A DNA stretch of 64,000 nucleotides from assembly GCF_009914755.1 (NCBI RefSeq), contig NC_060930.1, one strand, 5' to 3'. Shown piece after piece: positions 1 to 23,563 of this stretch. The notes beneath the pieces were generated by a model. It was not told the DNA's origin and searched no databases. It was given only the letters and a program-made list of their open reading frames with translations. The first letter of the stretch is position 1, and the number at the start of each line of letters is the position of its first letter. A program made the position numbers and the translations under genes. This DNA comes from the human T2T-CHM13v2.0 reference genome, Homo sapiens.

Positions 1-129
1 TGTATTCTGTTAAACACCCCCTGCCAATTAAGCCACCTGAAGGCAGGTAGGGAAGCACCTGACAGTGACTGACAGTCCACTGCATGCCAGCCACCTATTT
101 TTTCTTGGTGAATCCCAATGACTCCCCGT

Positions 130-590
<461 letters not shown>

Positions 591-1200
591 CGTTTTTACA
601 TTTGAGAAGACAGAGCGCAGAGAGGTCAAATCACTTGCCCAGAGACCCTATAGCCAGTAGCTACTGGGTTCAAACTGAGATCTGTTCTGACCCACCTATG
701 TTTTTCTGTGTCCATTCTGTCACTCTGCACTGTAAGAGGCAGAGTAAATGCTTCCTTTTGGGGAAGAGATAACTGTCCCGTGGTTGGTACTATGGCTCAT
801 AGATACACTTTAATAATATTTTGAATCAAATTGATGTGACTTGGACACAGTTTGGCCAAGGGAACATCTGCTGGGCTAGCTCAAGTCCAGTGTACCAAGA
901 TGGAGAGTGAGACTGTGCCTCACACGGGGCTGCTGCGTTGCACAACTCCAGGAGACGCCATTCATATCCTAGTTTATGTGAATGGCACTCCCTGGAGCAC
1001 AGTCTCTGTGCATGTAGTTGGCAGTCCCGGCCCAGCATCAGTGTCTGTAGTTATTATCATCATAGACTTTAAGCTTCTTGAGGTCAGGGATAATATCCTA
1101 CCTGTCTCCGAGTCCCCGTGGTGCCCAGGACAAGACCTAGGAGGATGGTAGGTGGTCCAGAGGTGCTTGCTTGATGTGAACACCTGCTCTCACCCTCTAA

Positions 1201-1911
<711 letters not shown>

Positions 1912-2790
1912 GCACAGGCCACTTCCATTGAGGGAGGGGAGCAAGGCTATGCTAGCCTGTATGGCTCCCTTATATGAATTAGAAAAAGATGTCCCCTGGG
2001 CAGACCCACTGTGCACAGGGCACGCATGGTGAGCAGAGCCCGAGCTGATTTCAGCTCCTCTTGCCCCACACCTCCACCTCAGCTAGGTGCTCTTGTGCCG
2101 TGTAGCCCTGGAATAAACCATGCCTTTGAGTTCACTCAGGAGGGAGAAGTCTGGGATATAGAGACAGCTTTTGGCACAGAAAATGTTATCACCAAGTACT
2201 TGCTCTTCTATCTGCTATTTCACAATCCTCTCATCAATTTCCAGGGTTAAGGCATTACAACTCTGATTAACTTCCTAGATGTGAATTGTACATATTCAGT
2301 TGTGAACGTTCTCACAAGGACCAGAAATATGATATTTTTTCATTTCAAAGGATTCTTACTCTTTGCCATGAGTGTTGTGGGTTGGGGTGGGGGAGTGGGG
2401 GGTGGGGGGGGCGGGAGGGGGGCTGCATCCGAGGTCAAAGAATGAGTGAGTTATGTTTTGTTGAAATCTAAACGATCAAAAATCTCTAATGCTGAGGTGT
2501 TTTGTGTCGGGTAGGTTCCTGGTGTTCTACAACATCGAATTGGACCCAGGAATATATTTAGCTTAGGACCTAATAAATACAATAAAAGCCAAATGTTCAA
2601 CCAACCAGGAAAACGTTCTATGTTAGTTAAGACCACCAAGCAGTGTTTCCTATGTCTGAAATTTATGTTATTTGCAAAGGTTCTCGTGGGTCCCTTACCA
2701 TATGGAATCTTGCAAAGAAAATTTGACCATATTAGTGAAAAAGGCCAAGGAAGCAAACACAATGGGTCTCTGGGCTTTTTCCTTCTGTAG

Positions 2791-3057
<267 letters not shown>

Positions 3058-3177
3058 TAAATCTGGCTAACATCAGACATAAGGTGAATGTGCTGATATA
3101 TTTCTTTTGACATGTGTGGCTTGGAGTAGGACACCATGAGGTGAAACAAAGTGGGGCTCTTTGCCCAAATGGGGTGA

Positions 3178-3471
<294 letters not shown>

Positions 3472-3919
3472 TAGGCCTTCAGCAAGGGTTTTTGTTTAAC
3501 GGCATTCCTGGGGGCTGATAGGCACTTTAGGCATTGACTTAGTTGAGCACAAGCTTTGAAGGTAAGCCAGATGGCCTCCCCACCTGCACGGTGCAGATCC
3601 ACTCCTGCTGCTAAGGCCAAGGCAGACAGGGTGTGTAGCTGCAGAGCTTGCTGCACAATCCTCAGGTGACTAGGTATCTTGAGGCCCCAGGGTATATAAA
3701 AGCACCTTGAGGAGAGGGACCATATCTTACCCTCTGAATTTTAGTGTCTGCTACACCCAAAACTTGGCCTATAAGATGTTCCAAAGTTATGACAAGGATG
3801 AGCCTATCTCTTCCATCATCTCTATCCCCTGGTATACTGCCTGGCACGTGGATGGTGCTCAAAACATACCTGATGAAGGAATGAACAAGGGATTGATTCC
3901 TTTTTTGTTTCTCTCTTAG

Positions 3920-4258
<339 letters not shown>

Positions 4259-4368
4259 TAAATTGCTTATTATAGAAATAAGATATCCCCATTACAGAGC
4301 ATTTTTAGAAATATGAAAATTAGGAAAATAAATCACCTATAAGCCCACTGTGCTGAAAAGCACTGTTA

Positions 4369-5402
<1,034 letters not shown>

Positions 5403-6480
5403 CTTTTTTTAAAAAAGTTTTTGCCAAATTGATTAAGGACATTTTACTGTTTAAGTTTTATTTCCTTGTTTACTGGTAAGATGAAACATTTTTAAGGCTT
5501 ATTTGCTATCTGTATTTTATAGAAAGGCCATTTTAAAAATATTTTCTTAGGTCAATAATAGATTAGTGAAGACTGTTTTGTATATAAAAACCCCACTTCG
5601 CCTAGCCTAAGCTGAAAGAGGAATGAGAGATGAATGTTGGGATACCTCAAGGGCCTCACTTCAGTTCAAGGGAGTGACAGATTGGGGTGTAGAATCTTAG
5701 TCCTCCTTCCAAATCACCAAGAAAGGACCGTGGCACCCTTGAGTCAGATGCTCATACCCGAGCCAGTTAGTGTGACCTGTGAACAAAGCAATGTATACCT
5801 ATGGCTGCTCTTGAAAACAGCCACCTGGAGGAAGAGGTTAAGGGAGTGGGGAGAGTAGGCCAATCCTAGAAAACAGGAGGAGCACAGGTCACAGGAAAAC
5901 ATGGACTGAAGAGAAAAACAGAAGGTGCTCACCACGTCTCCAGAACGGATGTTTCTTTTTTCTTAATGTTTTGAACATCTGGGTGTGGAATGCCACGTGT
6001 GTCCCTGACAGGAGGGGAGCTCACCAGTGAGCCTTCGCGGATTGGCTCTTCCTAACAATAGTTCCTTTCATTCTTTGGTCCTTGTCAAAGCAGTGAAAGT
6101 TTGGCCCTCCTAGGTGTAGGGGTCCCACAGGAAATGCCAAGATGAAGGGTACTCCAGAAGGGCATGTGATTAAAAAGTGACAACTGCTTGTTCTCTGAAG
6201 CAATCCTTTAAGTTCCTTCTACACTCTTCTTACGTACTTTAGCTACTTCCAATGAAGCACCAAAAATATTTGCTCACTGCAAGAGCCGGATAAAAGCTCA
6301 TTTTACTGCCTTGTAGGCAACCACTAACATTTTTTAAAGTGGGGTTGGGGAAGAGAAAAATCTCCATACTTTGAGATGTAGTTTTTTCTTACAGTAGTCT
6401 GGGAAATAATGTTTTAAGGCCTACAAGGCCTGCATGGGCTCAGGTTGTGTATTTACTGGATATTCAGAGTCTCTCTCTCT

Positions 6481-6692
6481 TTTTTTTTTTTTTTGGCTCA
6501 CTGCAACCTCTGCCTTCCAGGTTCAAATGATTCTCCTGCCTCAGCCTCCCAAGTAGCTGGGACTACAGGCATGTGCCACCACACCCGGCTAATTTTTGTA
6601 TTTTTAGTAGAGATGGGGTTTCGCCATGTTGGCCAGGCTGGTTTCAAACTCCTGACCTCAGGTGGTGGGAGTATGGCGCACCACGCCTGGCC
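6481..6692 (-). mobile_element. Internally deleted Alu
   Basis: Antisense Alu missing parts of both arms. Confidence 0.85.
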
Positions 6693-6951
6693 TGTATATT
6701 CATAGTCCTTATACCTCTTAAACTTTAACAAATAAGATTTTTTAAAAAACGAAACGTTGGCCTCATAGAAACATGCTCAAGAATTCTGAAAGAGTTCCAT
6801 GAGTCCTACATGCAAATGGAATCAGATAAGGGGTTGAAGTTTGCATGCAGGGGCTCCTACTTGGTTCCCCAAGCCCCTCTGCAGGAGCTGAGAAGCCAGG
6901 GCTCACCCTGAGATCATCTCAGTCTTACACTCTGCTCCACTTCACTCCTAG

Positions 6952-7083
<132 letters not shown>

Positions 7084-7589
7084 TAGTCCTTAACTTATGA
7101 TTTACCACACAGGCCCACTGAGCTCAGGCAGGCCTGCCACTGAAAACTCAGAGGCTGAGACTCCCTAAGAGCTTTTACATTATATAGTGTATCATTTTTA
7201 TGATACTGAAATGAGGTTAATAGAAAAGAACCTGTAGTTCTGTTTATGTCCGTGGCTGAATATGCTGGCAACAGATGAAGACCGAACATGCTGGGGAAGA
7301 TGCCATTTCTGTCCTGAACTCATTCCATGTATTGTGCATTGTTAGGCCATTACAGTTTTAGAACAAGACATAGTTTCTACCCTCAGGGAGTTTACTGTCT
7401 CACCAAGATAAGAGACATGGAATGAGTACAGTGAGTGTGTGAGAACTCAGGCTTTCTAAGCAGCCAGAAGTACTTGGTTTGGAAGATTTGGGTGGTTTTG
7501 GGGGTTGAGTTTAAGGTGGCTCTAGTCACTTAATGAAGATTGTAGATAGCTCTCTGCTTGGGTGCCTGCTGTGGCCTATAGGAAGGTGG

Positions 7590-8329
<740 letters not shown>

Positions 8330-8409
8330 GTGGGCAAGCCATAACTTTTGGGTTTGTTAGATGGTATCCTCAACTGTTATAATTGAAAAGTCCATCCTTG
8401 ATGCTTTAA

Positions 8410-8721
<312 letters not shown>

Positions 8722-9753
8722 TAAAGTGCACTCTGTAGGGGCAAGGACTGTATTTTGCTCGTAACCATATACTCAGTTGCTATGTAATAATAAAGCACTC
8801 ATTTATGTGCTCAAACTTATTTGAATAAAGGAATTAAAGAATTGTTGACTGGTGATAACATTGCCTTGAGTACAGTGTTGATAGTATCAGAGTGGACCCC
8901 AAAGATGAGAGGTGATGAAGATCCATCGGTCTCCTCAGCAGGGCTCTTCCTCCCTTGCCTTTTGTGCCTTTTACCTCTTCCTTCTCTTTGATCTGCCTTT
9001 TACTTTTGTCCAACTATGCAAATCCTCATTAAACAGCAGTTCTTACATAGAACTTGCCCCCAGTGCTAGATAGGAAATGCTGCAAGCAAACCATCTTTAC
9101 ATTAGCCACAGTGATTATACTCAATAATGACAATTTTGAGGACATTCAGAGCCTGGGTAACTAGGCCTCAGTGGGGGATTTTGATATAAGTGCTTTGTGT
9201 TACCACAGGCCATCTCTGGAACTGTGGTTTCATCTTTGTGTCAACAACATGGGGAAACATCCCAGGAAAATGTTTCATGCTAGGACTACTCTTAGGGCTT
9301 GTCGTGGAGCTCTGGGTGTGGAAAATGGGGCCTCCTTTCCAAATTGGAGCTTGGGTCAAGCAGTTAGTACACTGGTAGGGAATAGGCCCAGACATTAGAG
9401 AATGGGAATACATATTCTCATAGATAAATGTCCAAATCTGCTTTGAGATACTTGGTGAGCGGCATCATCCTTAGGCATCAGGAAACAGGACCAGAGCCTT
9501 CTCAGGTAGATTGAGGCGGGCTGAAGGAAAAGCCAGCAACTTTTTTGGCTTAAATGGGACCAGTGTGGCTAACACAGAATCCATGAAAGCTCTGACAAGC
9601 CAAAGTGATCATCAGAGGAGACAAAGTGGAAGGGAGGAACAGAAAGGTGAGAAAAGGCTCAGAGGAGACGTTACACATGGTGGGTGGTGATGGAGAAGGC
9701 TGGTGATATACAGGATCCTTAAGACTCTAAAATACTGACCCGCAGCCATATGA

Positions 9754-13215
<3,462 letters not shown>

Positions 13216-13649
13216 TTAGCTTACATTTTAATTTATTGTGGTTGACCACATTTTATGGCTCCTGAGTGCCTTCACCCAGCTACACTTTACCTTGTATCTA
13301 TAAAAGTGTAATTTAGAGTAAATACATTGGCTGTAAAGTCGAGATCAGGTGCTCTCCACCAAAAGCAAAACAAAACTGCTGAAATGTGGCAAGGTTTCTC
13401 AGTGCAAGCTTAAATGTTTAAACTGTTGACCATTTGGAAAATACTGGACAAAGGGGAAGGACAAAACATCATTTGCAATAGTTAAAGGTTATGCAAGGCA
13501 AGGCAACATTATACTTTTTGACTAAGTTATTAAAAGTTAAATGCATTTCTTCTTTGAAGTGTGGATTATAAAAGCCAATCAAAGACAAAACCAGTTTGAA
13601 AAACCTTTTGTATTCTACAATACCTTTTATGAGTAAGAGTAAAACATAC

Positions 13650-15410
13650 ATTTCTTATTTGTAATTTTATTTAAGGAGAAATACTCTTTCCCTTTGATAC
13701 GACTATAATATTATAAACAGCAAGGAATATGTTCTGCTTTCTGCAATTTTAGAAAGTCATTCCATTCTGGGTGACAGAATGAGGTAAGACTCTCTTTAAA
13801 AAAAAAAACAACTCACACCTGTAATCCTAGCACTCTGGCCACCGAGGCAGGTGGATTGCTTGAGCCCAGGAGTTTGAGACTAGCCTGGCAACAAAGTGAG
13901 ATTCCCCCTCCTCTCTCTGAAAAGTAAAAAAAATTAGCCGGTCATGGTGGCACATGCCTGTGGTCCCAGCTAAATGAAAATCTGAAGCAGGTGGATCTCT
14001 TGAGCCCAGGAGCTCAAGGTTGCAGTGAGCCATGTTCGCGCCACCACACTCCAGCTTGTGCAACAGAGACCCTGTCTCAAAAAAAAGTCATCTGTGTGTT
14101 TCTTGCAGGCACATCTATGGCAATGCTTGTACCATGAATTTAAAACTTCTAACTTGATGGCACTTTTTTATTTTTTTTGAGACAAGAGTCTCACTCTTTC
14201 GCCCAGGCTGTAGTGCAGTAGTGTGTTCTCGGCTCACTGCAGCCTCTGCCTCCCGGGTTCAATATGAGGCAGCCCTCCTGAGTAGCTGGAATTACAGGCA
14301 CGTGCCACCAGGTTAGGCTAGCTAGTGGCCTAGCTAGTCTCGAAATCCTGACCTAAAGTGATCCACCCACCTCAGCCTCCCAAAGTGTGTGGATTACTTG
14401 TGTAAGCCACAGTGCCCGGCCTTACCTGCTTTAAAAAAACAAAAAAACTTAGGTTTTCTTGGAGTCTGTGCTAGTTGAATCTTGCAAATGCAAACCACAT
14501 ACGCTCTTTAATGAAAACCTTTGCATGCACACCACTGTTAGGAAGAGCATCATTAAATCACTGACTTCTACACCCATAAAAGGATGATTTTGAGTTTCAA
14601 GATTTTAGATTTACTAGAGATAGCATGTATCTATCAATCATGTCACACAAAAAATATTTCCAAAGTGTTCTCTGTTCAGAAACGTCACAAATGCTTCTGT
14701 TTGTCAGATCATTTTGCAACAGGTTAACTAATACTTATCTACATAAAAACCTGAAAATTGGCACAGGCAGGCATTTTGAATTAGTAGATTACCCCCATGG
14801 AACAGTATTCAGAATTATTTTGTCTTGTGGGCTCTGAGGCTCTGGGAGGTAGAGGTGGACCCTGACAGTCCAGGTCATTAACATCCACATTCAGTTGATG
14901 CCTCTCAGACACAGTCCAGTACTGGATACCATTTATCATTCTGCAAAATGTTGTCTACATCTTTCAGGTGCTGGTCATTCTTAGATTAGCTTCTTAGCTG
15001 TTCTGTTGATAAACAGAAGACTTCAATTTTCAGGATGGATGATTCCAACATCTTCCACAAGCTTTCACTTTCACTAAATTATTTTGTTATAAATTTGATC
15101 TCCTTCAAAAGTGCCTTGAAGTCAATTTTGGTTGTAATGTATTTGTCTCTGACGTATTCTTCAAATTCTCTTTGTTTTTTTTCCTGTCACTGGAGAACTG
15201 CACCCAGAATCTTATTTTTACTACTTCCATGTGAATGTTAAGGTACTCACAGAGGTTTCATCCAGAAGTCTTCCCTCTTCTTTCTGGTAAGTGCTTCAAT
15301 GTGCTCATTAAGCTTCTCTTTCTCTTCCCTTTTCAACAAAGATCTAGATTCGCAGTGGTGATCTTTTTGATGAGTTCTCTATCAAACTATGACACATCTG
15401 AAGAACGTAC
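13650..15410 (-). pseudogene. Processed TCERG1 (CA150) retrocopy fragment: C-terminal FF domains plus 3' UTR, disabled and Alu-interrupted
   Basis: Minus-strand translation gives VRSSDVS*, EEKEKL-NEHIEALT, KQREFEEYVRDKYITTKIDFKALLKEIKFIT, DQHLKDVDNILQNDKW-VLDCV, GPPLPPRASEPTR..TK* (TAA 14817-14815). Stops and frameshifts, no introns, TCERG1-like 3' UTR, AATAAA at 13671-13666. Confidence 0.88.
13762..14421. mobile_element. Tail-to-tail Alu pair (+ ~13810-14086; - ~14163-14421) inserted in the TCERG1 retrocopy UTR
   Basis: Alu consensus in opposite orientations ~80 bp apart. Confidence 0.85.
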
Positions 15411-15502
15411 CTGAACAACCCTCAGGGATAATGCAGGATTTTTCGAGAAAGTTCCAGGGTATCTCCTGGTGTCAGTATACTTTCAGTCCTACACCTCAAG
15501 AG

Positions 15503-16415
<913 letters not shown>

Positions 16416-16647
16416 TTAGTGGTTTTTTTCTTCTTTTAAGAACTGCTGAGACATCCATAAACATTTTCAAAATGCAGGGTATGTTTTTCAGTGTTAAGGC
16501 AACTGTTCTGATGTGTTTTTCCTTTGCTCTCTATCACCAAATACTGTACATATAAATAGTAAGACTGGGCTTTGTGTTGTCCATTGTTAATCCTAAATGC
16601 AACAAAACACATGGAGACTTTGAAAATCCTTCAGAATAATGCTATAG

Positions 16648-16728
16648 TTAAGATTTTGCTAAAGCAAGTGTTTTTTCTAACTCCTTGAGCTGCATATTGC
16701 CTTGAGTAATCATCATCCGGATTGTATC
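16648..16728 (-). CDS. LYRM2: LYRM2 exon 3 coding part (DTIRMM...LAKS*)
   Basis: attctacag|GAT ... TCT TAA. Confidence 0.95.
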   Translation of the reverse strand, partial: DTIRMMITQGNMQLKELEKTLALAKS

Positions 16729-17116
16729 CTGTAGAATAAAGTGAAATCTGGTTATAGTTTTACCTGGTTAAACAAGGTATAGCTATACCATTTTATCTGT
16801 TAAAATCAAGAACCAATACTACCTATTGGAACTGCTGCCTTTTAGAAAAGCTAAAAGAGTTCCACATACATACATATAAAATGTACAACATAAAAGTCAA
16901 GTGATGATGCTGAAGAGTGTAGATACTCTTTTATCTACATATTTTAAAATACTACATTTTAAAATAATAATTTAAAATCGGTAACATTACAAGCAATGAT
17001 CAAGATATACCAGCTCAGTGGCACTATATTCCAAGATGTCTGCTAAACTTAAAAAAAAAAATTCACTGATCAATAAAAAGGGTTAGGATCTGTCCTCACC
17101 ATGATTTTGTTCTCAC

Positions 17117-17257
17117 CTCTTCGGTGGCACTTTTGTTTCTTCTGAATTCTTCTCTTGCCCAATCTTCCAGGTATTTGCGATCAGAATCATTTGGAACTTG
17201 CCGAATTGTTTGCAAAATCCTTCTGTAGAGGAGAAGAACTTGTTGCCTTCTTACGAA
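17117..17257 (-). CDS. LYRM2: LYRM2 exon 2 with the LYR motif and downstream conserved F
   Basis: cttttacag|TTC ... GAG|gtgaga; 141 nt. Confidence 0.96.
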
Positions 17258-17403
17258 CTGTAAAAGGGAGGAGTAAATAGCAATTACTACTGCACAATCG
17301 CCAGCCTGGAAAGTTCTACTTCAGCAAACCAAGCTGTAACCAGAGTACTTCTCGTTGGTCAATTTTGAAAAAGGCAAAGAAAAACTTTTTTTTTTCTTTT
17401 TTT

Positions 17404-17552
17404 GGCCAGATGCAGTGGCTCAGGCCTGTAATCCCAGCACTTTGGGAGGCCAAGATGGGAGGATCACTTGAGCCCAGGAGGTCTAAGCTGAGGTAAGCCT
17501 TCATTGCGCTACTGCACTCAGCCTGGGCGAGAGTGAGGCCCTGTCTCAAAAA
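17404..17552 (+). mobile_element. Partial Alu in LYRM2 intron 1
   Basis: Alu consensus. Confidence 0.85.
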
Positions 17553-17779
17553 GATGTTTTAAAGAAAGCATCACGAGGTTCATCTGATCTTTTTGCTTAC
17601 TGCTCTGTCAAACCTAAGAACCATTAAAAAATCAGGAGCTGCCTACCGGGCTGAAAAGGGCTGCCGGTCTCCTAGAAGTTGTTATTACAACGACAGCACT
17701 TTTTCTAAATTAACAGTTGTTCAAATCTTTGGTAATCTCATTTGCTGTTTGCCACAGCTCAGTGCAATAGACTTTTACC

Positions 17780-18300
17780 GTGGGCACTGGGCAGCTGAGG
17801 CACCGGGACTCAGGGAAATCAAGCGCCTGACGCTGTCTCACGCGATCGCACCAAACCAAGGAAGCAGCCAGTGCCTCCCGTCAGGCCCCGCGGAGCGAAG
17901 CACCGCCCCGCAGGCATCGGGCCAATCTCAGAGGGCGCGCACGCCGCATCAGGACCCCGGAACCCGCCCCGTTGGGGATAGGGACAGATGGAGAATCCAG
18001 CTCAGACCCAGGTAAGCTGCTTTGGAAGGCAGAGAACCGCCGGTACCTGCTTTAACGTTAGCGTCGCTGGGGGTAAGCGGGAAGCAGCCATGTCCACCAG
18101 AGGTCCGCCGGAGCCTCAGCGCGCAGGAGCGGAAGTGGGGGTTCGACCAAGGGGTGTGGCGAGCCCGGTTTCCTAGGAGACGGCCCGCGGGTTGCTCTCG
18201 GACTGAGAGCGCGAGGCTTCGGGACTGAGCCCTAGCTGCTGCGCTGGCCGAAGTTTTCTCGTCGGTAAAATAGGATAACAGTGCACCATAGGGTCGTTTT
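17780..18300. promoter_or_regulatory. CpG island / LYRM2 promoter
   Basis: Only strongly CpG-rich non-Alu stretch; ETS/GABPA-type GCGGAAGTG 18129-18137, CCAAT 17922-17926, GC box near 17963; surrounds the LYRM2 ATG. Confidence 0.85.
18047..18091 (-). CDS. LYRM2: LYRM2 coding exon 1 (MAASRLPPATLTLKQ)
   Basis: ATG at 18091 (gacATGG context); donor CAG|gtaccg. Confidence 0.95.
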
Positions 18301-18367
18301 GATAAAGAAGAAAGGTAGGGCACTTAACACAGTTCCTGGTAAAGAGAGTTCAAATGAAAGTGAAGGA

Positions 18368-21400
<3,033 letters not shown>

Positions 21401-22149
21401 CCAAAGTGAGATTTTTAAGACAGCATGGAGGACTTTTGTGTTCTGCTGTCCATTCCTTAAATATCAGAACTTACTTACTTACCTATTTGGCCAAGGCCTG
21501 GGGGGTTGGGGGAGGGGGGGGTGGGCAGGATAGCACAAATGTCAACTATCAACATGGCAGATTAATTGATCACTACTCCTGCAAGCCCCTGTTGGCAGCA
21601 CAAGTTGAAAATGGCACTCTTGGGTTCCTGCTTCCTGGAATTCCTACTGTCCATGATCTCATGAGCTAACCCAGGGCCAAGGGAATCACTCTGGGCACAC
21701 CAGTTTGAGGTCTAAGAAAGATGGAGCTTCCAAAGGCAGATGTAATAGACTGCAGCATTGTCATAATATTGGTGTCTTTCCCTCCCAGACTCAACCCTAC
21801 TGGAAGATTAAACTCCCTGCCCCATAGAGGGCTTTAGCCAATGAAATGTGAGTGGGATGCAACATCATCATTTATGGAGGATAATTTATTTTTATAAGCC
21901 TCCTTATAAGGCTACACCAACTCATCCTTTTCATTCTGCTGCAAAGCCAGCATATTATAGCTCAGCCTACCATGGACATAAATGCAAATGATAACCTTTG
22001 TAGTAAGAGCAACATGGAAGTAGGAGGGGATCATGTTAGCACAGCATCAACTAGTAACAGCTGACTGACTGATCCAGCAGAGAAGATCAGTCCCCTAGCA
22101 TACCTTTTACAATCCTGTCATCTTCCATTAAGAAGAGTCACAAATTACA

Positions 22150-23374
22150 TCAACAACAGTGGTATATGTTTTAATAGTTTTCAGAATATAAGCTGCATAG
22201 CTTTTTAGAATAAAAAATGATATAACTTCAGGTACATGCTTTGGGACACTTGGTTAAACAAGGAATCTGTGTCTTTGATGACCACCTCAAAAGGGTCGCA
22301 GACTTCACAGTGTAACTTGGAAACAGACAAGGAGATAGATGATTACATCATGACATACTGCCTACAAAAGAACATTCTGACAGAACATTAAGTAGAACAG
22401 AGCACACAGTTTCAAGTATTCAGCACTGCTTTCTGGCCAAGTAAAAACTGCCTAAAGATCAGTTTCTTTCGACTGGAAAAAATAGATGGAGCTGCTGAGT
22501 TCTGGACACAGCGTTTCTTTCCCAGAATGAGACTGGCTCAGTCCAGCTTGAAAGCAGTGTGAGGAATCACTCTTCCCCTTGACTGTTAAGAAAAAAAAAA
22601 ATGAACTAAACAAATAAATTACTACAACAACAGGGACCATGGCACTGAATGAAATAAAGGGGCAATCACCTTCCCATCATTGCATAGTCTCCCGAAGCAG
22701 CAAGTGTGAAAGAGGATACTGAAAAGCCACTTCATTTTTACACAGCCCAAGGATCGTTTTTATAGATGACCTGGGCACCTATAATGTCCAGTTGCTTTAT
22801 GAGAACACACACACACCACATTCTTCCTACCCTCTAAGAGAAGGTAGTTCCTTTCACAATAAGAAAACACACCCTCATACTCTCCAGAAACGAGCTGTCT
22901 TGGCCACTTGACAGCTTTTGGGCACACACTATGGGCTTGGCAAGGCAGAGCTTAGAACAGGGTCAAAAGGGCAGCTCCCTTTAGTCCTTTATACAAAGGA
23001 CTGTCAGAGTCCCATGCTCCTGGCAGCATCTCCTCAAGGCACAGGTGCCCAGATCCCCTGCAAAAGAAAACAGGCAGCTGGGCTCCAACGGTGGGGTATG
23101 ACCTCCTCCCAGGCCAGGGCTTCCAAGGCAGGGAAGAAGGATAACTCTTCTCTAGTTACGAGTTCAGGCACCTGCTGCTGCTTCCAGGTTTGGTATAAAA
23201 ACCTCAGCCCAGGCAAAGCCGGGAGCCAGAGAGCATTCTGTAGGCTGTAAGATCACGTTGTAAAATAAAAATATTACAATAAAATTTTTTGTAGTTGTCC
23301 AAAAGGGAGCACCTGGGTAAGCAATGTGACCTTCTGACCACAGTTAAGTCTCACTTTGGACTCTTCTTTCTGTT
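22150..23374 (-). other. MDN1: MDN1 3' UTR (end approximate)
   Basis: Follows the TAG at 23375; minus-strand ATTAAA 22175-22170 with downstream GT-rich TGTTGTTGATGT; alternative AATAAA 21890-21885. Confidence 0.6.
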
Positions 23375-23563
23375 CTATGGGTGGTCAGAGGCTGTCACCA
23401 ACTCAAACCACTGTCTGAGGGCATCGCTGAGTGTCTCAGGAAGTGCGTTTACATCTCGAAGAATGATATAGTATGGGAATGGGAACTCTTCCATGTAGGA
23501 TCGGATTTCAGGCATCTCTCCAGGTCCTTTAAATATCGGTACTTTAATGTCCAAGATAGAATC
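23375..23563 (-). CDS. MDN1: MDN1 last exon, coding part (DSILDIKVP...SDHP*)
   Basis: ttgacag|GAT; TAG 23377-23375. Confidence 0.95.
   Translation of the reverse strand, partial: DSILDIKVPIFKGPGEMPEIRSYMEEFPFPYYIILRDVNALPETLSDALRQWFELVTASDHP

Larger units (their letters stand above)
16648..18091 (-). other. LYRM2: LYRM2 complete coding span, LYR-motif mitochondrial protein, 88 aa
   Basis: 45+141+81 nt = MAASRLPPATLTLKQ|FVRRQQVLLLYRRILQ...EEFRRNKSATEE|DTIRMM...ALAKS*. Confidence 0.96.

Noticed and set aside
14815-15410. Functional TCERG1-like retrogene
   Set aside because: Multiple stops and frameshifts; 5' truncated
17593-18323. 140-aa and 124-aa ORFs in the CpG island
   Set aside because: GC-rich stop-poor sequence, non-ATG starts, no recognisable domain
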